From: an uncultured Gammaproteobacteria bacterium
Lineage (GTDB): Bacteria > Pseudomonadota > Gammaproteobacteria > Steroidobacterales > Steroidobacteraceae
Reading direction: 5' to 3'
DNA length: 64,000 nt
NCBI GenBank assembly: GCA_963756845.1
Contig: CAVWPD010000008.1
Location: 358,234 to 422,233, forward strand
Shown: positions 48,022 to 57,218 of the stretch, piece after piece
Numbering within the stretch: position 1 is the first letter of the stretch
How the letters are laid out: each line of letters starts with the position of its first letter
Position numbers and translations under genes: made by a program
Notes under the pieces: generated by a model
What the model saw: the letters and a program-made list of their open reading frames with translations, nothing else
What the model was told of the DNA's origin: nothing
Database searches by the model: none

Positions 48022-49404
48022 CTAGTACCGCGTGTCGAAGCTGGCCGTCAGAACCGTCTTGCCGTTGGCGGGCACCGTCACCGCCCACTCGGCGCTGTCG
48101 GCACTGCGGCGTGTACTTTTTTGACTCTCGGTCTTGATGCTGGAATCGCCCCACAAGCCATCCTGAATCAGCTTGACCACCACGGCACGAGGCAGTGCAT
48201 TGCTCAATTCGTAGCGCATATCGGTCTGCCAATCGAATTGCGCCAGACGCGTGCGCTTGTCGACGACGGCGTGGACTTTCACATCAAAGGCGTCGCCCGT
48301 GGCCAGAGACAGGGTCGAGCCCATGGGCGTGTGATCGATGCGGCTCTCGCCGATAAACTGCGGGTCGCCGCGCTTATCGCGCACATAAAACCGCAGCACG
48401 CCGGAGGGCAGCTGATCGCCGAGACCCGCATGAGCACTCGTGGAAAAACTGTATACGCTCTTGGCGCTCAGCGGTGTTTCCGCGGTTCCCAGCCAATGAT
48501 TATGGTACTCATAGCCGTGCTCGGCAGGCACGCCATGCACATCCAAAAAACTCACTTGCTTGGTCTGCAGATTGGCGATCGTGGTGCGTTCCGCCAGCGG
48601 ATAAAGATAAAAATCGCCCAAGCGCTCGCGGCTGCCGCTTTCGGTCCCTGCCTCCTGCAACGTGGGGCGGCGGGGTGCGGGACGGAAATTGACCTGCCTG
48701 CCGCCATCCACTTGGCTGGGTGAGCCGGCGACCAAGAGAGTCTGGGCATTGTCATAGGACGTGCCGCTGGAATTGGTCAGCGTGACCCAGCCTTGCACGT
48801 CGATCTTGCTGTCGCTCTCGTTGTAGAGCGCCACGTAATCCGCTTTCCAACCAAGACCCGGGGTAAGGTAGCTCAACGTGGCCCGGCGAGTTCCGCCGTG
48901 CGCGCCGATCACCGTGACCGAAAGGGTGGGCCGCGCGCGCAGGTTATCGGGCACCTTATCGAAGATCACCCGCACCGGCAGTCCGTCGTCTCGCAGCACT
49001 TCGATGCGCTGGCCGATCTTGAGAACCACGCCGCCGTTGGTGGCGAGAACCTGCGCCTGCTCGCGCGTTTCAGCACCGGTAGCCGGATTCACGCGCACGA
49101 TCGTGATTTCTTGTCCCACCGCCTTTTCCATCAATTTCGCGGGGGTCAGCAGATCGAAATCGAAATTCTGCTCGACGATGCTGATGTCGCCGGCAACCAG
49201 CGACACGGTTTCCGGTCGAATCTGCGCCGACACGTCTTGAAATTCGATGCGCTGGCGCCCGCCCTTCAACTCAATGTCCCGCTGGTCCTGAACCAGCGCC
49301 AGATCATCGTTGTAAATCGTGACCGATAGCGCCCGGTCGGCGGCTGCGGCCGGATAGGCAAATAGCCAGGCGGTGCCGGCCATGCAAAGTAAACGGTTGC
49401 GCAT
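48022..49404 (-). CDS. DUF4139 (MuiA-like) domain protein, paralog B, exported
   Basis: From the ATG at 49404: MRNRLLCMAGTAWLFAYPAAAA (signal), LSVTIYNDDLALV, TLSYLTPGLGWKADY...GWVTLTNSSGTSY, FYLYPLAERTTIANLQTKQV. Confidence 0.7.
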   Translation of the reverse strand: MRNRLLCMAGTAWLFAYPAAAADRALSVTIYNDDLALVQDQRDIELKGGRQRIEFQDVSAQIRPETVSLVAGDISIVEQNFDFDLLTPAKLMEKAVGQEITIVRVNPATGAETREQAQVLATNGGVVLKIGQRIEVLRDDGLPVRVIFDKVPDNLRARPTLSVTVIGAHGGTRRATLSYLTPGLGWKADYVALYNESDSKIDVQGWVTLTNSSGTSYDNAQTLLVAGSPSQVDGGRQVNFRPAPRRPTLQEAGTESGSRERLGDFYLYPLAERTTIANLQTKQVSFLDVHGVPAEHGYEYHNHWLGTAETPLSAKSVYSFSTSAHAGLGDQLPSGVLRFYVRDKRGDPQFIGESRIDHTPMGSTLSLATGDAFDVKVHAVVDKRTRLAQFDWQTDMRYELSNALPRAVVVKLIQDGLWGDSSIKTESQKSTRRSADSAEWAVTVPANGKTVLTASFDTRY

Positions 49405-49472
49405 ACCTACCCCCGGTGTTGGTAGGCCAGTCTGGATTATGCCGAGCGACTTGTCATCGTCGCCGCCACCGC

Positions 49473-50357
49473 TCAGCGCATGGACACCCGCAGGCGGGCG
49501 TTCGCGCTCGCCTCCATCCAAGACTTGATCCGCTTCGCGTCCGCGACCCGCGTGTACTTGCCCAGCGAATCCAACAGCACGATCACCACGGAACGGCCTT
49601 CGATGACGGCCGCCATGACCAGGCACTTGCCCGCCTCGGTGATGTAGCCGGTTTTCTGCACGATGATGTTCCAGGTGGGGTTTGCCACCAGATTGTCCGT
49701 ATTGTGGTATTCCACCAGGTGCCGATGTACCCGTACCGCGTAGCTCTTATCGGTCGAATACTCGCGAATGGTGCGATTTTTCGCCGCGGCCATCACCAGT
49801 TTGGTCAAGTCCTCGGGACTGGCGACATTCTCGCTGGACAGCCCGGTGGGATCGACAAAGTGCGAATTGGTCATGCCCAGCGAGGCCGCCTTGGCGTTCA
49901 TGGCCGTCACCATGGCGGGCATGCCGCCCGGGTAATTATTTCCCAAGGCGTGTGCCGCGCGATTTTCCGACGACATCAGCGCCAGGTGCATCAGGTCGCC
50001 GCGGGTCAGGGTGGCGCCCACGGCCAGCCGCGAAAACGCCGACTTGGGGAAATCGCGGTCTGCCTCGGTGATCTGAATAGGTTCGTCCAAGGATTGCTTG
50101 GCGTCCAACACCACCAACGCGGTCATTAACTTGGTAATGGAAGCGATGGGAGCGGCGACGTCCGAATGGCGTGAATACAATACCGACGAGTCGCTTTGAT
50201 CAACGACCAGCACCGAGCTGGACATGAGTTTCGGGTCGCCGACATCCCGCGCCGTGGCGTGAACCGCCAGGGTGCACAAAAAAGCCCCGGCAACGATGCG
50301 TACCGGCAGCCTTGCTGCCCGCCAGGGCGAAGACTCTTGTCTATTATTTGACTGCAT
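49473..50357 (-). CDS. pbpG: D-alanyl-D-alanine endopeptidase (PBP7-like, S11 family)
   Basis: From the ATG at 50357. Signal peptide, SxxK (ASITKLMT), SEN-like (MSSENRAA) and KTGY (QKTGYIT) motifs. Confidence 0.8.
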   Translation of the reverse strand: MQSNNRQESSPWRAARLPVRIVAGAFLCTLAVHATARDVGDPKLMSSSVLVVDQSDSSVLYSRHSDVAAPIASITKLMTALVVLDAKQSLDEPIQITEADRDFPKSAFSRLAVGATLTRGDLMHLALMSSENRAAHALGNNYPGGMPAMVTAMNAKAASLGMTNSHFVDPTGLSSENVASPEDLTKLVMAAAKNRTIREYSTDKSYAVRVHRHLVEYHNTDNLVANPTWNIIVQKTGYITEAGKCLVMAAVIEGRSVVIVLLDSLGKYTRVADAKRIKSWMEASANARLRVSMR

Positions 50358-50468
50358 TAACCATCTCTTGAGATTGGGCGAAACAGGGCAAGCACACCAT
50401 ATGTAAATCACGCTCCGGCGTGACGCAGCGCTAACTTTGCCATCATTTTTACGAAAGTCCAGCTTATT

Positions 50469-50523
50469 CAAGCATTTGCTTGGCATATCCAAGCTTTTGC
50501 TTCACTTATTAGGCTTTTGCCTC
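50469..50523. promoter_or_regulatory. three phased 12-mers A(A/G)GC(A/T)TTTGC(T/C)T, candidate operator array upstream of pbpG
   Basis: aagcatttgctt at 50470, aagcttttgctt at 50491 and aggcttttgcct at 50511, spaced 21 and 20 nt apart. Each has short dyad arms (AAGC/GCTT). The third copy overlaps the end of the GGDEF gene. Confidence 0.35.
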
Positions 50524-51507
50524 GGCGCCGGGGGTGCGCCGCAGTTCCTTGTCGCGATACATTTTGTGCTCCGCAAGGCTTAAGAGCTCGCGGGTGTCGC
50601 GGGAGTCCTTGGGAAAATTGACCACGCCGACGCTCACGCTGCAGCGAATCATACGGGACCGCAGGTCGAGGGTGGTTTTGTAGACATTGTGCCGCACGCG
50701 TTTGAGCACGACCTCGGCGACCTCTGGGGAAGCGCCCGGCAGGATCACCGCAAATTCGTCGCCGCCTAGGCGGGCGGCATGATCGGTCGTGCGAATGCTT
50801 CGTTGCAGGCATTGCGCAACCAGCGTGATGGCGCTGTTTCCCGCTTCATGGCCGAATGTATCGTTGATCTCCTTCAGCTTGTCCATGTCGATCATGAGCA
50901 GCGAATATGTACCGCGACCACGTTCCGCAACGCCGTGTTCGCGCTGCCACACCTCATTGAACATCCGCGTGTTGTACAGGCCCGTCAACGAATCCGTCTG
51001 CGCCAAGTTCTCGATGCGTTCGCGCGCCTCGGTGATGTCCGCGGACAAGGTGGTGGTCAAGTAGGCCACCAGCAGAAACGGCGCCAGCTGTCCCACCACC
51101 TCACTGGCGTAGGGCAAGGAGAGCACGTCCAAGCCCGGCGTCGCGAGAGCCAGCAGCAAGTGGCAGATCGCGATGACCGCCACTTGCAGCAGCGTCACCA
51201 AGCGCCCCAGCGTCAGCGCGCTCAAAATGATCGGCAACAAGTACAGGTTGAGCAGCGGACTGGCGCCCTTCCCGGTGAACCACAACACACCAGTGATGAA
51301 TATCACCATCGACCACGATTCGACGAGCAGCTTCGGCAGCGTGCGCCCCGGAAAGAAACGCCGGGCGCGAAATGCCACGATGGCGGCAGCGAATGCGGCC
51401 AGCAGTCCGAGCACCGGCCACAGCTGCGTGCTCAGTGCCCCGGACCACACCAAAACCAGCGCGGCCAGCGCCAAACACAGTATTTCGATGGAGCGCGTGC
51501 TGCGCAC
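50509..51507 (-). CDS. membrane-anchored diguanylate cyclase (GGDEF)
   Basis: 332 aa. Five to six N-terminal TM segments, then a GGDEF domain (RLGGDEFAVIL). Confidence 0.9.
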   Translation of the reverse strand: MRSTRSIEILCLALAALVLVWSGALSTQLWPVLGLLAAFAAAIVAFRARRFFPGRTLPKLLVESWSMVIFITGVLWFTGKGASPLLNLYLLPIILSALTLGRLVTLLQVAVIAICHLLLALATPGLDVLSLPYASEVVGQLAPFLLVAYLTTTLSADITEARERIENLAQTDSLTGLYNTRMFNEVWQREHGVAERGRGTYSLLMIDMDKLKEINDTFGHEAGNSAITLVAQCLQRSIRTTDHAARLGGDEFAVILPGASPEVAEVVLKRVRHNVYKTTLDLRSRMIRCSVSVGVVNFPKDSRDTRELLSLAEHKMYRDKELRRTPGAEAKA

Positions 51508-51509
51508 GG

Positions 51510-52760
51510 CTAGCGGATATCGGCCGCGGTCGTAACCGAACCCGGCCGCGTGTTCTGCGAGGCCTTCAGTTCCTGCACGGCGCGCCCAACCTCCGCATCA
51601 CGCTGCGGCAAGGGCGCGTTTTCCGGCACCGGAACCGCCGGCGGTTTTGGATCGCGCGGCAACTCGATGTCCGGCGCAATACCGCGGTGATTGATCGACA
51701 CGCCCGACGGTGTGTAATAGAGCGAGGTGGTCAGCTTGATGGCACGGTCATCAGACAGAGGCACGATGGTCTGTACGGAACCCTTGCCGAATGTCGTGCG
51801 TCCCATGAGTTTCGCCCGGTGATGATCCTTGAGGGCGCCGGCGACAATCTCCGCCGCCGAAGCCGAGCCGCCGTTCACCAGCACGACGATGGGCGCGCCA
51901 TTCAGCGCATCTCCCGGCGTCGCGTCCATCTCGAATTTCGAGTCGGGGGTTCGTCCCTTGGCGGTGACGATAATGCCGCTCTCCAGGAAGGTGTCGGCAA
52001 CCGCCACCGCTGCCTCCAGAACGCCGCCGGGATTGTCGCGTAAATCGAGCACCAACCCTTCGAGGGGCGCGCCGTTGTGCTTGCGCAATTCCTTGATGGC
52101 CAGTGCCAGGTCATTGCCGGTGGTTTCGCTGAATTGAGAAATTCGCACATAGCCGAAACCGGGCTCGAGCAATTCCGAGCGCACGCTGTGCAAATCAACC
52201 CGCGAACGCTTCAGGGTGAACAGCAGCGGCTCCGCGCTGCCCTCGCGCATGACCCCTATTTTGACCACAGTCCCTTCGGCGCCGCGCATGCGCCCTATGG
52301 TGTCCGCCAAAGTGCTGGTATTCACCGGCACACCGTCGATCGTTACAATTACATCGCCGGAACGAATTCCCGCCTGTGCGGCAGGCGAGCCGTCGAAGGG
52401 TGCGATCACCACGACCTGCTCATCCTCGATCGACAGTTCGATGCCGACGCCGGAATAGCGGCCGGAGCTGCTGATTTTGATTTCGTCGTATTCCTCGCCG
52501 TCCAGATACGCCGAGTAAGGATCCAGCGATGCCACCATGCCGCGAATTGCCGCCTGCAGCAGCTGGTGGTCATCGACCGGATTCACATAATCACGCTTTA
52601 CCCGCTCCAGGACCTCGGCGAGCATGCGCGCGTCCTGCCAGGGTAGATCGGTTGCGGCAGCAGCCGGCTTGTCGGCCAGGACGCCATGCGTCAGCCCCAG
52701 CGACAGACCGATGGCGATGCCGACGGCCAGCAGTAACAGGTTGCCGGATTTCTTGATCAT
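51510..52760 (-). CDS. S41 family carboxy-terminal processing peptidase
   Basis: 416 aa. A PDZ region plus GGSASAAEIVAGAL...GKGSVQ catalytic motifs. Confidence 0.9.
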   Translation of the reverse strand: MIKKSGNLLLLAVGIAIGLSLGLTHGVLADKPAAAATDLPWQDARMLAEVLERVKRDYVNPVDDHQLLQAAIRGMVASLDPYSAYLDGEEYDEIKISSSGRYSGVGIELSIEDEQVVVIAPFDGSPAAQAGIRSGDVIVTIDGVPVNTSTLADTIGRMRGAEGTVVKIGVMREGSAEPLLFTLKRSRVDLHSVRSELLEPGFGYVRISQFSETTGNDLALAIKELRKHNGAPLEGLVLDLRDNPGGVLEAAVAVADTFLESGIIVTAKGRTPDSKFEMDATPGDALNGAPIVVLVNGGSASAAEIVAGALKDHHRAKLMGRTTFGKGSVQTIVPLSDDRAIKLTTSLYYTPSGVSINHRGIAPDIELPRDPKPPAVPVPENAPLPQRDAEVGRAVQELKASQNTRPGSVTTAADIR

Positions 52761-52808
52761 CGGGCCAGCATACGTGCGCGGAAGGCCGGCCGCCAGCCGG
52801 CGTTGAGC

Positions 52809-54044
52809 CTAGGGATTGGAGCGCAACCAAAGCTTCGGGTCCACGGTCTTGCGCCCTTCGCGTATTTCGAAATAGAGCTGCGGGACGGCGCCCTCGCTGT
52901 CGCTCAACGCGGCGATCACATCGCCCGGCGCCACCCAATCGCCCACGGACTTGTAGAGAACCTCGGCGTGTCCGTACAGCGTCATATAGCCGCCGCTGTG
53001 GCCGATGATCAGCAACAGCCCAAGGCCCTGCAGCCAATCGGCGTACACCACGCGGCCAAAGAATGGCGCCCGCACCTTCGCGCCTCGCGCCGCATCAATC
53101 ATCACGCCGTTCCAGCGCACGGCTGCCGCAGAGCTGTCGCGCGGCGCCTGATAGTGAGCGCTCACGCGGCCCAGCACCGGCCAGGGCAACTTGCCGCGCA
53201 TGGCCACGAAGCTTTGCGAGGGGTCTACCGGAAAGTCCTGCATGACTTGCGCGAGCTGCTCCACCAACGATTCCACGGCCTGCTCTTCGCGCTTCAAATC
53301 GCCGAGTTGCTGAGTACCGCTCGCCAATTTTTTATTGAGCGCCGCGACCGCATCGGTCCGCTCGGCGCGTGCGCGCTTGAGTCCCGCAATCTCGCGCGAG
53401 GCATCTTCTTCCAGACTCTGCAATTTTTGCGTTTGCTGCTCGATCTCCTCGACCAATTGCTGCAAGCGCCGCTCATCATCCTTGATCAATTCGATCTTGC
53501 GGCTGCGCTGCTGCGCAAGGTATCCGTAGTAGGTGAGCGTGCGCCCAAGACTGGCGGGGTCGCTTTGATTGAGGAGCAGTTTTAGCTCCTCTTGATGGCC
53601 GATCATGTACGCGGCACGCGCCTGTGCGGCGAGGGATGCCCGCTCCGCCTGCAGCGCATTTTGATTGCGGGTTTGCTCGGCGCGCAAGTCCGAGCGGCGC
53701 CGCTCGGCGACAGCCTGTGCTGCATGCAGCGCATCAACGCGTTGACGCTGCGCGGCTATGACGAGTTCGGCCTCGCGAACTCGCGCGCTCAAGGCGTCGC
53801 GCTGCGCGAGCTGCGAGCCCAAGCGATTGGTCAGATCGGCGATTCGCGCCCGCACCGCCGCGAGCTTGGCCTTCGCGGCATCCGCGGGGGCCGTCTCCAC
53901 GGCGGCCGTCTCCACGGCGGCCGCGTCTGCGGAGGCCGTAGCGGCGGATTCGACGGCCGTTATCCGGCCGAGGGCACACAACAGGGCGGACAGTACAGCG
54001 ACCCTGCAGAGTGGTTGAAAAGGGCGGTGCATTGCGGCGTTCAT
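52809..54044 (-). CDS. envC: murein hydrolase activator EnvC-like (coiled-coil + LytM/M23 domain)
   Basis: A long coiled-coil region is followed by a degenerate M23 domain (GLLLIIGHSGGYMTLYGH). Start taken at MNAAMHRPF (54044). Confidence 0.8.
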   Translation of the reverse strand: MNAAMHRPFQPLCRVAVLSALLCALGRITAVESAATASADAAAVETAAVETAPADAAKAKLAAVRARIADLTNRLGSQLAQRDALSARVREAELVIAAQRQRVDALHAAQAVAERRRSDLRAEQTRNQNALQAERASLAAQARAAYMIGHQEELKLLLNQSDPASLGRTLTYYGYLAQQRSRKIELIKDDERRLQQLVEEIEQQTQKLQSLEEDASREIAGLKRARAERTDAVAALNKKLASGTQQLGDLKREEQAVESLVEQLAQVMQDFPVDPSQSFVAMRGKLPWPVLGRVSAHYQAPRDSSAAAVRWNGVMIDAARGAKVRAPFFGRVVYADWLQGLGLLLIIGHSGGYMTLYGHAEVLYKSVGDWVAPGDVIAALSDSEGAVPQLYFEIREGRKTVDPKLWLRSNP

Positions 54045-54120
54045 GCTTGCGCCCAAGCATACAAGCCTTGTGCCCGCTGCTATACTTGCGCGCCCGAAAA
54101 ACCCAAATTGTACGGACCGC

Positions 54121-54570
54121 ATGCAGAGACTGTTAGAATTCATCGGCCATCATCCCTATCTTGCCGCGGCAGCCGTCGCAGCCGCGGTGGTGGTGGTTAT
54201 TTTCGAACTTCGAGAGCGCATGCAGTCATTTGCCGCGTTGAGCGCCCCGCAGGCCGTGCGGCTGATGAATCAAGGCGCCCTGGTGATCGATCTGCGCAGC
54301 AAGGATTTGTACGATGCGGGGCATATCGTGGACGCGCGCAACGTGCCCGCGGCGGAGCTCGAGTCGCAGGCTGAGACGCTCAAGAAGTGGCGCGACCGGA
54401 ACGTCATCACGTACTGCGACAGCGGCGCCAATGGCGCCGGCGCCGCGCGCGCGCTAATCAAGCTTGGCTTTACCAAGGTGTTCAATCTTCAAGGCGGGCT
54501 CAATGCCTGGGTGAAGGACAACATGCCGCTCGCGAAAACGCCGTCCGGGGGTAAGGGCAGCTCGAAGTGA
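54121..54570 (+). CDS. rhodanese-like domain protein (YibN-like), membrane-anchored
   Basis: ATG at 54121. N-terminal TM, then a rhodanese fold (GHIVDARNVP...ITYCDSGANGAGAA...GGLNAW). Confidence 0.8.
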   Translation: MQRLLEFIGHHPYLAAAAVAAAVVVVIFELRERMQSFAALSAPQAVRLMNQGALVIDLRSKDLYDAGHIVDARNVPAAELESQAETLKKWRDRNVITYCDSGANGAGAARALIKLGFTKVFNLQGGLNAWVKDNMPLAKTPSGGKGSSK

Positions 54571-54833
54571 GTTCACCCGCCGTTACCGTCTACGTTGCGG
54601 GTTGGTGTCCGTACTGCCAGCGAGCCAAAGGCTTGTTGACGCAGAAAAATATCGTGTTCAATGAAATTGATATCGACGACGACGCGAAACTGCGCGAGGA
54701 GATGATCGCGCGCAGCGGACGGCGAACAGTTCCGCAGATTTTTGTCGGCGATAAGCATGTCGGGGGGTGCGATGACCTTTTCGCGCTCGATGGCAGCGGC
54801 GAGTTGGATCGGCTAATTCAGGGGGCAGGATGA
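54567..54833 (+). CDS. grxC: glutaredoxin 3
   Basis: 88 aa with a CPYC active site (VAGWCPYCQRAK) and TVPQIF..GGCDDL. Confidence 0.95.
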   Translation: MSSPAVTVYVAGWCPYCQRAKGLLTQKNIVFNEIDIDDDAKLREEMIARSGRRTVPQIFVGDKHVGGCDDLFALDGSGELDRLIQGAG

Positions 54834-55306
54834 ACGAGATTAGAACGGCGGATCCAGAGGCCAATATCGGCGGGGTCCAAATCAGTTTGCAGAGTGTTTA
54901 CCTGAAAGATTGCTCCTACGAATCGCCGAACGGTCCGCGCCTGCCGAACAACCAGAATTGGGAGCCGAAGTTTCAGCTCAATATGAATACCTCGGCGGAG
55001 GAACTGTCGGCCGAGGTACGCGAGGTGTTGCTGACCATCACTGTGGAGGCGAAGCAGGGCGAAGCGACGCTGTACCTGGTGGAGGTCAAGCAGGCGGGAT
55101 TGTTTTCGATCTCCGGCGCGTCGCTGGAGGATTTGAAGCGCCTGCTCGGCAGCTTCTGCCCCAACGTGCTGTTCCCGTATGCGCGCGAAGTGGTTTCGGA
55201 TTTGATCAGCAAGGGCGGCTTTCCGAATTTTCTTCTGCCCCTGGTCAATTTCGACGCCTTGTTCGCCCAGGCGTCGCAAGCGCCGCAGCCGAATTTGGTC
55301 AACTAG
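54830..55306 (+). CDS. secB: protein-export chaperone SecB
   Basis: 158 aa. LQSVYLKDCSYESPN...CPNVLFPYAREVVSDL...GFP motifs. Confidence 0.95.
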   Translation: MNEIRTADPEANIGGVQISLQSVYLKDCSYESPNGPRLPNNQNWEPKFQLNMNTSAEELSAEVREVLLTITVEAKQGEATLYLVEVKQAGLFSISGASLEDLKRLLGSFCPNVLFPYAREVVSDLISKGGFPNFLLPLVNFDALFAQASQAPQPNLVN

Positions 55307-55312
55307 CTGGGT

Positions 55313-56323
55313 ATGCAGACGCGGCGCGCAGAACCGATGACGGTTATTGGCGCCGGTTCTTGGGGCACGGCGCTCGCCATTCTATTGGCGCGCGAAGGGC
55401 ACCCGACACAGCTATGGGGACGTGATCCCGAACAGCTGCATGCCATGCGCCAGGCACACCGCAATCTACGCTATTTGCCGGAGGCGCCTTTTCCCGAAGC
55501 GTTGTCGGTGACCAGCGATCTTAAGGCCGCGCTGCAAGATGCCCGCGATGTTCTCATCGCCGTTCCCTCGCATGCATTTCGCGCCACCTTGGAAAACATT
55601 GGGCGGCATCTTGACCGCGACACGCGTGTTGCCTGGGCCACCAAAGGATTCGAGATCACGACCGGGATGCTGCCGCACCAAGTGGTGCGTGAAGTTCTCG
55701 GCGCACGACCAGGCGCTGTGTTGTCCGGGCCCACGTTTGCCAAGGAGGTCGGCGCCGGCCTACCCACCGCGATGACCATCGCTTCCCGCGATGAGCAGTT
55801 CGCCAAAGAACTCGCGATGAGCCTGTCAGGCCCCAGTTTTCGTGCCTATACCCAGACTGACATCATGGGTGTGGAGGTCGGCGGCGCGGTAAAGAATGTC
55901 ATTGCCATCGGCTCGGGCATCGCGGACGGCATGGGATATGGCGCCAACACGCGCGTCGCACTGATCACGCGCGGCCTGGCGGAAATGATGCGGCTGGGCG
56001 TGAAGCTCGGCGCGTCGCGCGAAACCTTCATGGGTCTTGCCGGACTCGGCGATCTGGTACTTACCTGCACCGATGACCAATCCCGCAACCGGCGCTTCGG
56101 GATGGCGTTGGGTCGGGGCGACGCGCTGAGCGAAGCGCAAAACGCCATTCATCAGGTGGTTGAAGGCGTGCCGGCGGCGCGCGCCGTGTGTGAGGTGGCC
56201 GAGCGTTTGGGCGTGGACATGCCCATATGCCGAGAGATTTATCGCATCATGTATGAAAATAAACCGGTAGCGGCGGCGGTGCAGGCGCTCATGGGACGGG
56301 AAGTGCGCTCCGAGACCGAATAA
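55313..56323 (+). CDS. gpsA: NAD(P)H-dependent glycerol-3-phosphate dehydrogenase
   Basis: VIGAGSWGTALAILLA Rossmann motif and GAVKNVIAIG... The start may be the ATG at 55337. Confidence 0.95.
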   Translation: MQTRRAEPMTVIGAGSWGTALAILLAREGHPTQLWGRDPEQLHAMRQAHRNLRYLPEAPFPEALSVTSDLKAALQDARDVLIAVPSHAFRATLENIGRHLDRDTRVAWATKGFEITTGMLPHQVVREVLGARPGAVLSGPTFAKEVGAGLPTAMTIASRDEQFAKELAMSLSGPSFRAYTQTDIMGVEVGGAVKNVIAIGSGIADGMGYGANTRVALITRGLAEMMRLGVKLGASRETFMGLAGLGDLVLTCTDDQSRNRRFGMALGRGDALSEAQNAIHQVVEGVPAARAVCEVAERLGVDMPICREIYRIMYENKPVAAAVQALMGREVRSETE

Positions 56324-56365
56324 TAGGGGGCGTGGGTTCCAAACTTTGAGAGGCGGGAGTACGGC

Positions 56366-57202
56366 ATGACAGCAATGAGATTGGATGTGGGCGCGGCATT
56401 AATGACCAGCATGTTGAGCATGGCCATGGCCGCCTCGGCGCAGACCGCCCCGGAGATTTCTTTGACGCGCTTGGATTGCGGCAAGACAACCACTCTCGCC
56501 GACGTGAGCCGCTTCTCGGACGTGGCGGCCTTCCCGGGATTGAGCATTCAGCTGACCTTCAGCTGCTACTTGATCAAGCACGGCAACGATTACCTGATCT
56601 GGGATACCGGCAATCCCGCCGCCAATCCTGATAAGCCGCTGCCGACCTCGCCAAAAGCCAGTTTACTGGAGCAACTATCGCAGCTGAATCTCACTCCCGC
56701 GCAAATCACCTTCGTGGGCATCAGTCACTACCACGGTGATCATGTCGGCCAAGTGGCCTCCTTTCCGCAATCGACACTGCTGATCGGCAAGGGCGATTGG
56801 GATGTGCTCACGGAGGGAAAGTCCACTACCGCCGCCAATCCAGCCAACTTCGCCCATTGGATTAGCGGCGGCGGCAAGGTCGAGCCCGTGACAGGAGATA
56901 AGGATGTTTTCGGCGACGGCAGTGTAATCATGTTGAATACCCCGGGCCACACGCCGGGGCATCACAGTTTGCTCGTCAAGCTCAAAGGTACCGGCAACGT
57001 ACTGATCACCGGCGACTTGGCGCACTTTCGCGAAAACTACGACAGCAACGGCGTTCCGACCTTCAATACCAGCCGCGCGGATACCTTGGCGTCGCTCGAC
57101 CGATTCAAAAAGCTGGCCGCCAATTTGAAGGCAACCGTCATCATCCAGCACGATGCCCGCGACATCGATAAATTGCCGGCTTTTCCCGCTTCCGCAAAGT
57201 AA
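56366..57202 (+). CDS. exported MBL-fold metallo-hydrolase (N-acyl-homoserine-lactonase-like)
   Basis: Signal peptide, HxHxDH motif (SHYHGDHVG), and downstream GHTPGH and TGDLAH metal ligands. Confidence 0.8.
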   Translation: MTAMRLDVGAALMTSMLSMAMAASAQTAPEISLTRLDCGKTTTLADVSRFSDVAAFPGLSIQLTFSCYLIKHGNDYLIWDTGNPAANPDKPLPTSPKASLLEQLSQLNLTPAQITFVGISHYHGDHVGQVASFPQSTLLIGKGDWDVLTEGKSTTAANPANFAHWISGGGKVEPVTGDKDVFGDGSVIMLNTPGHTPGHHSLLVKLKGTGNVLITGDLAHFRENYDSNGVPTFNTSRADTLASLDRFKKLAANLKATVIIQHDARDIDKLPAFPASAK

Positions 57203-57218
57203 ACACGAGACATTCTCA

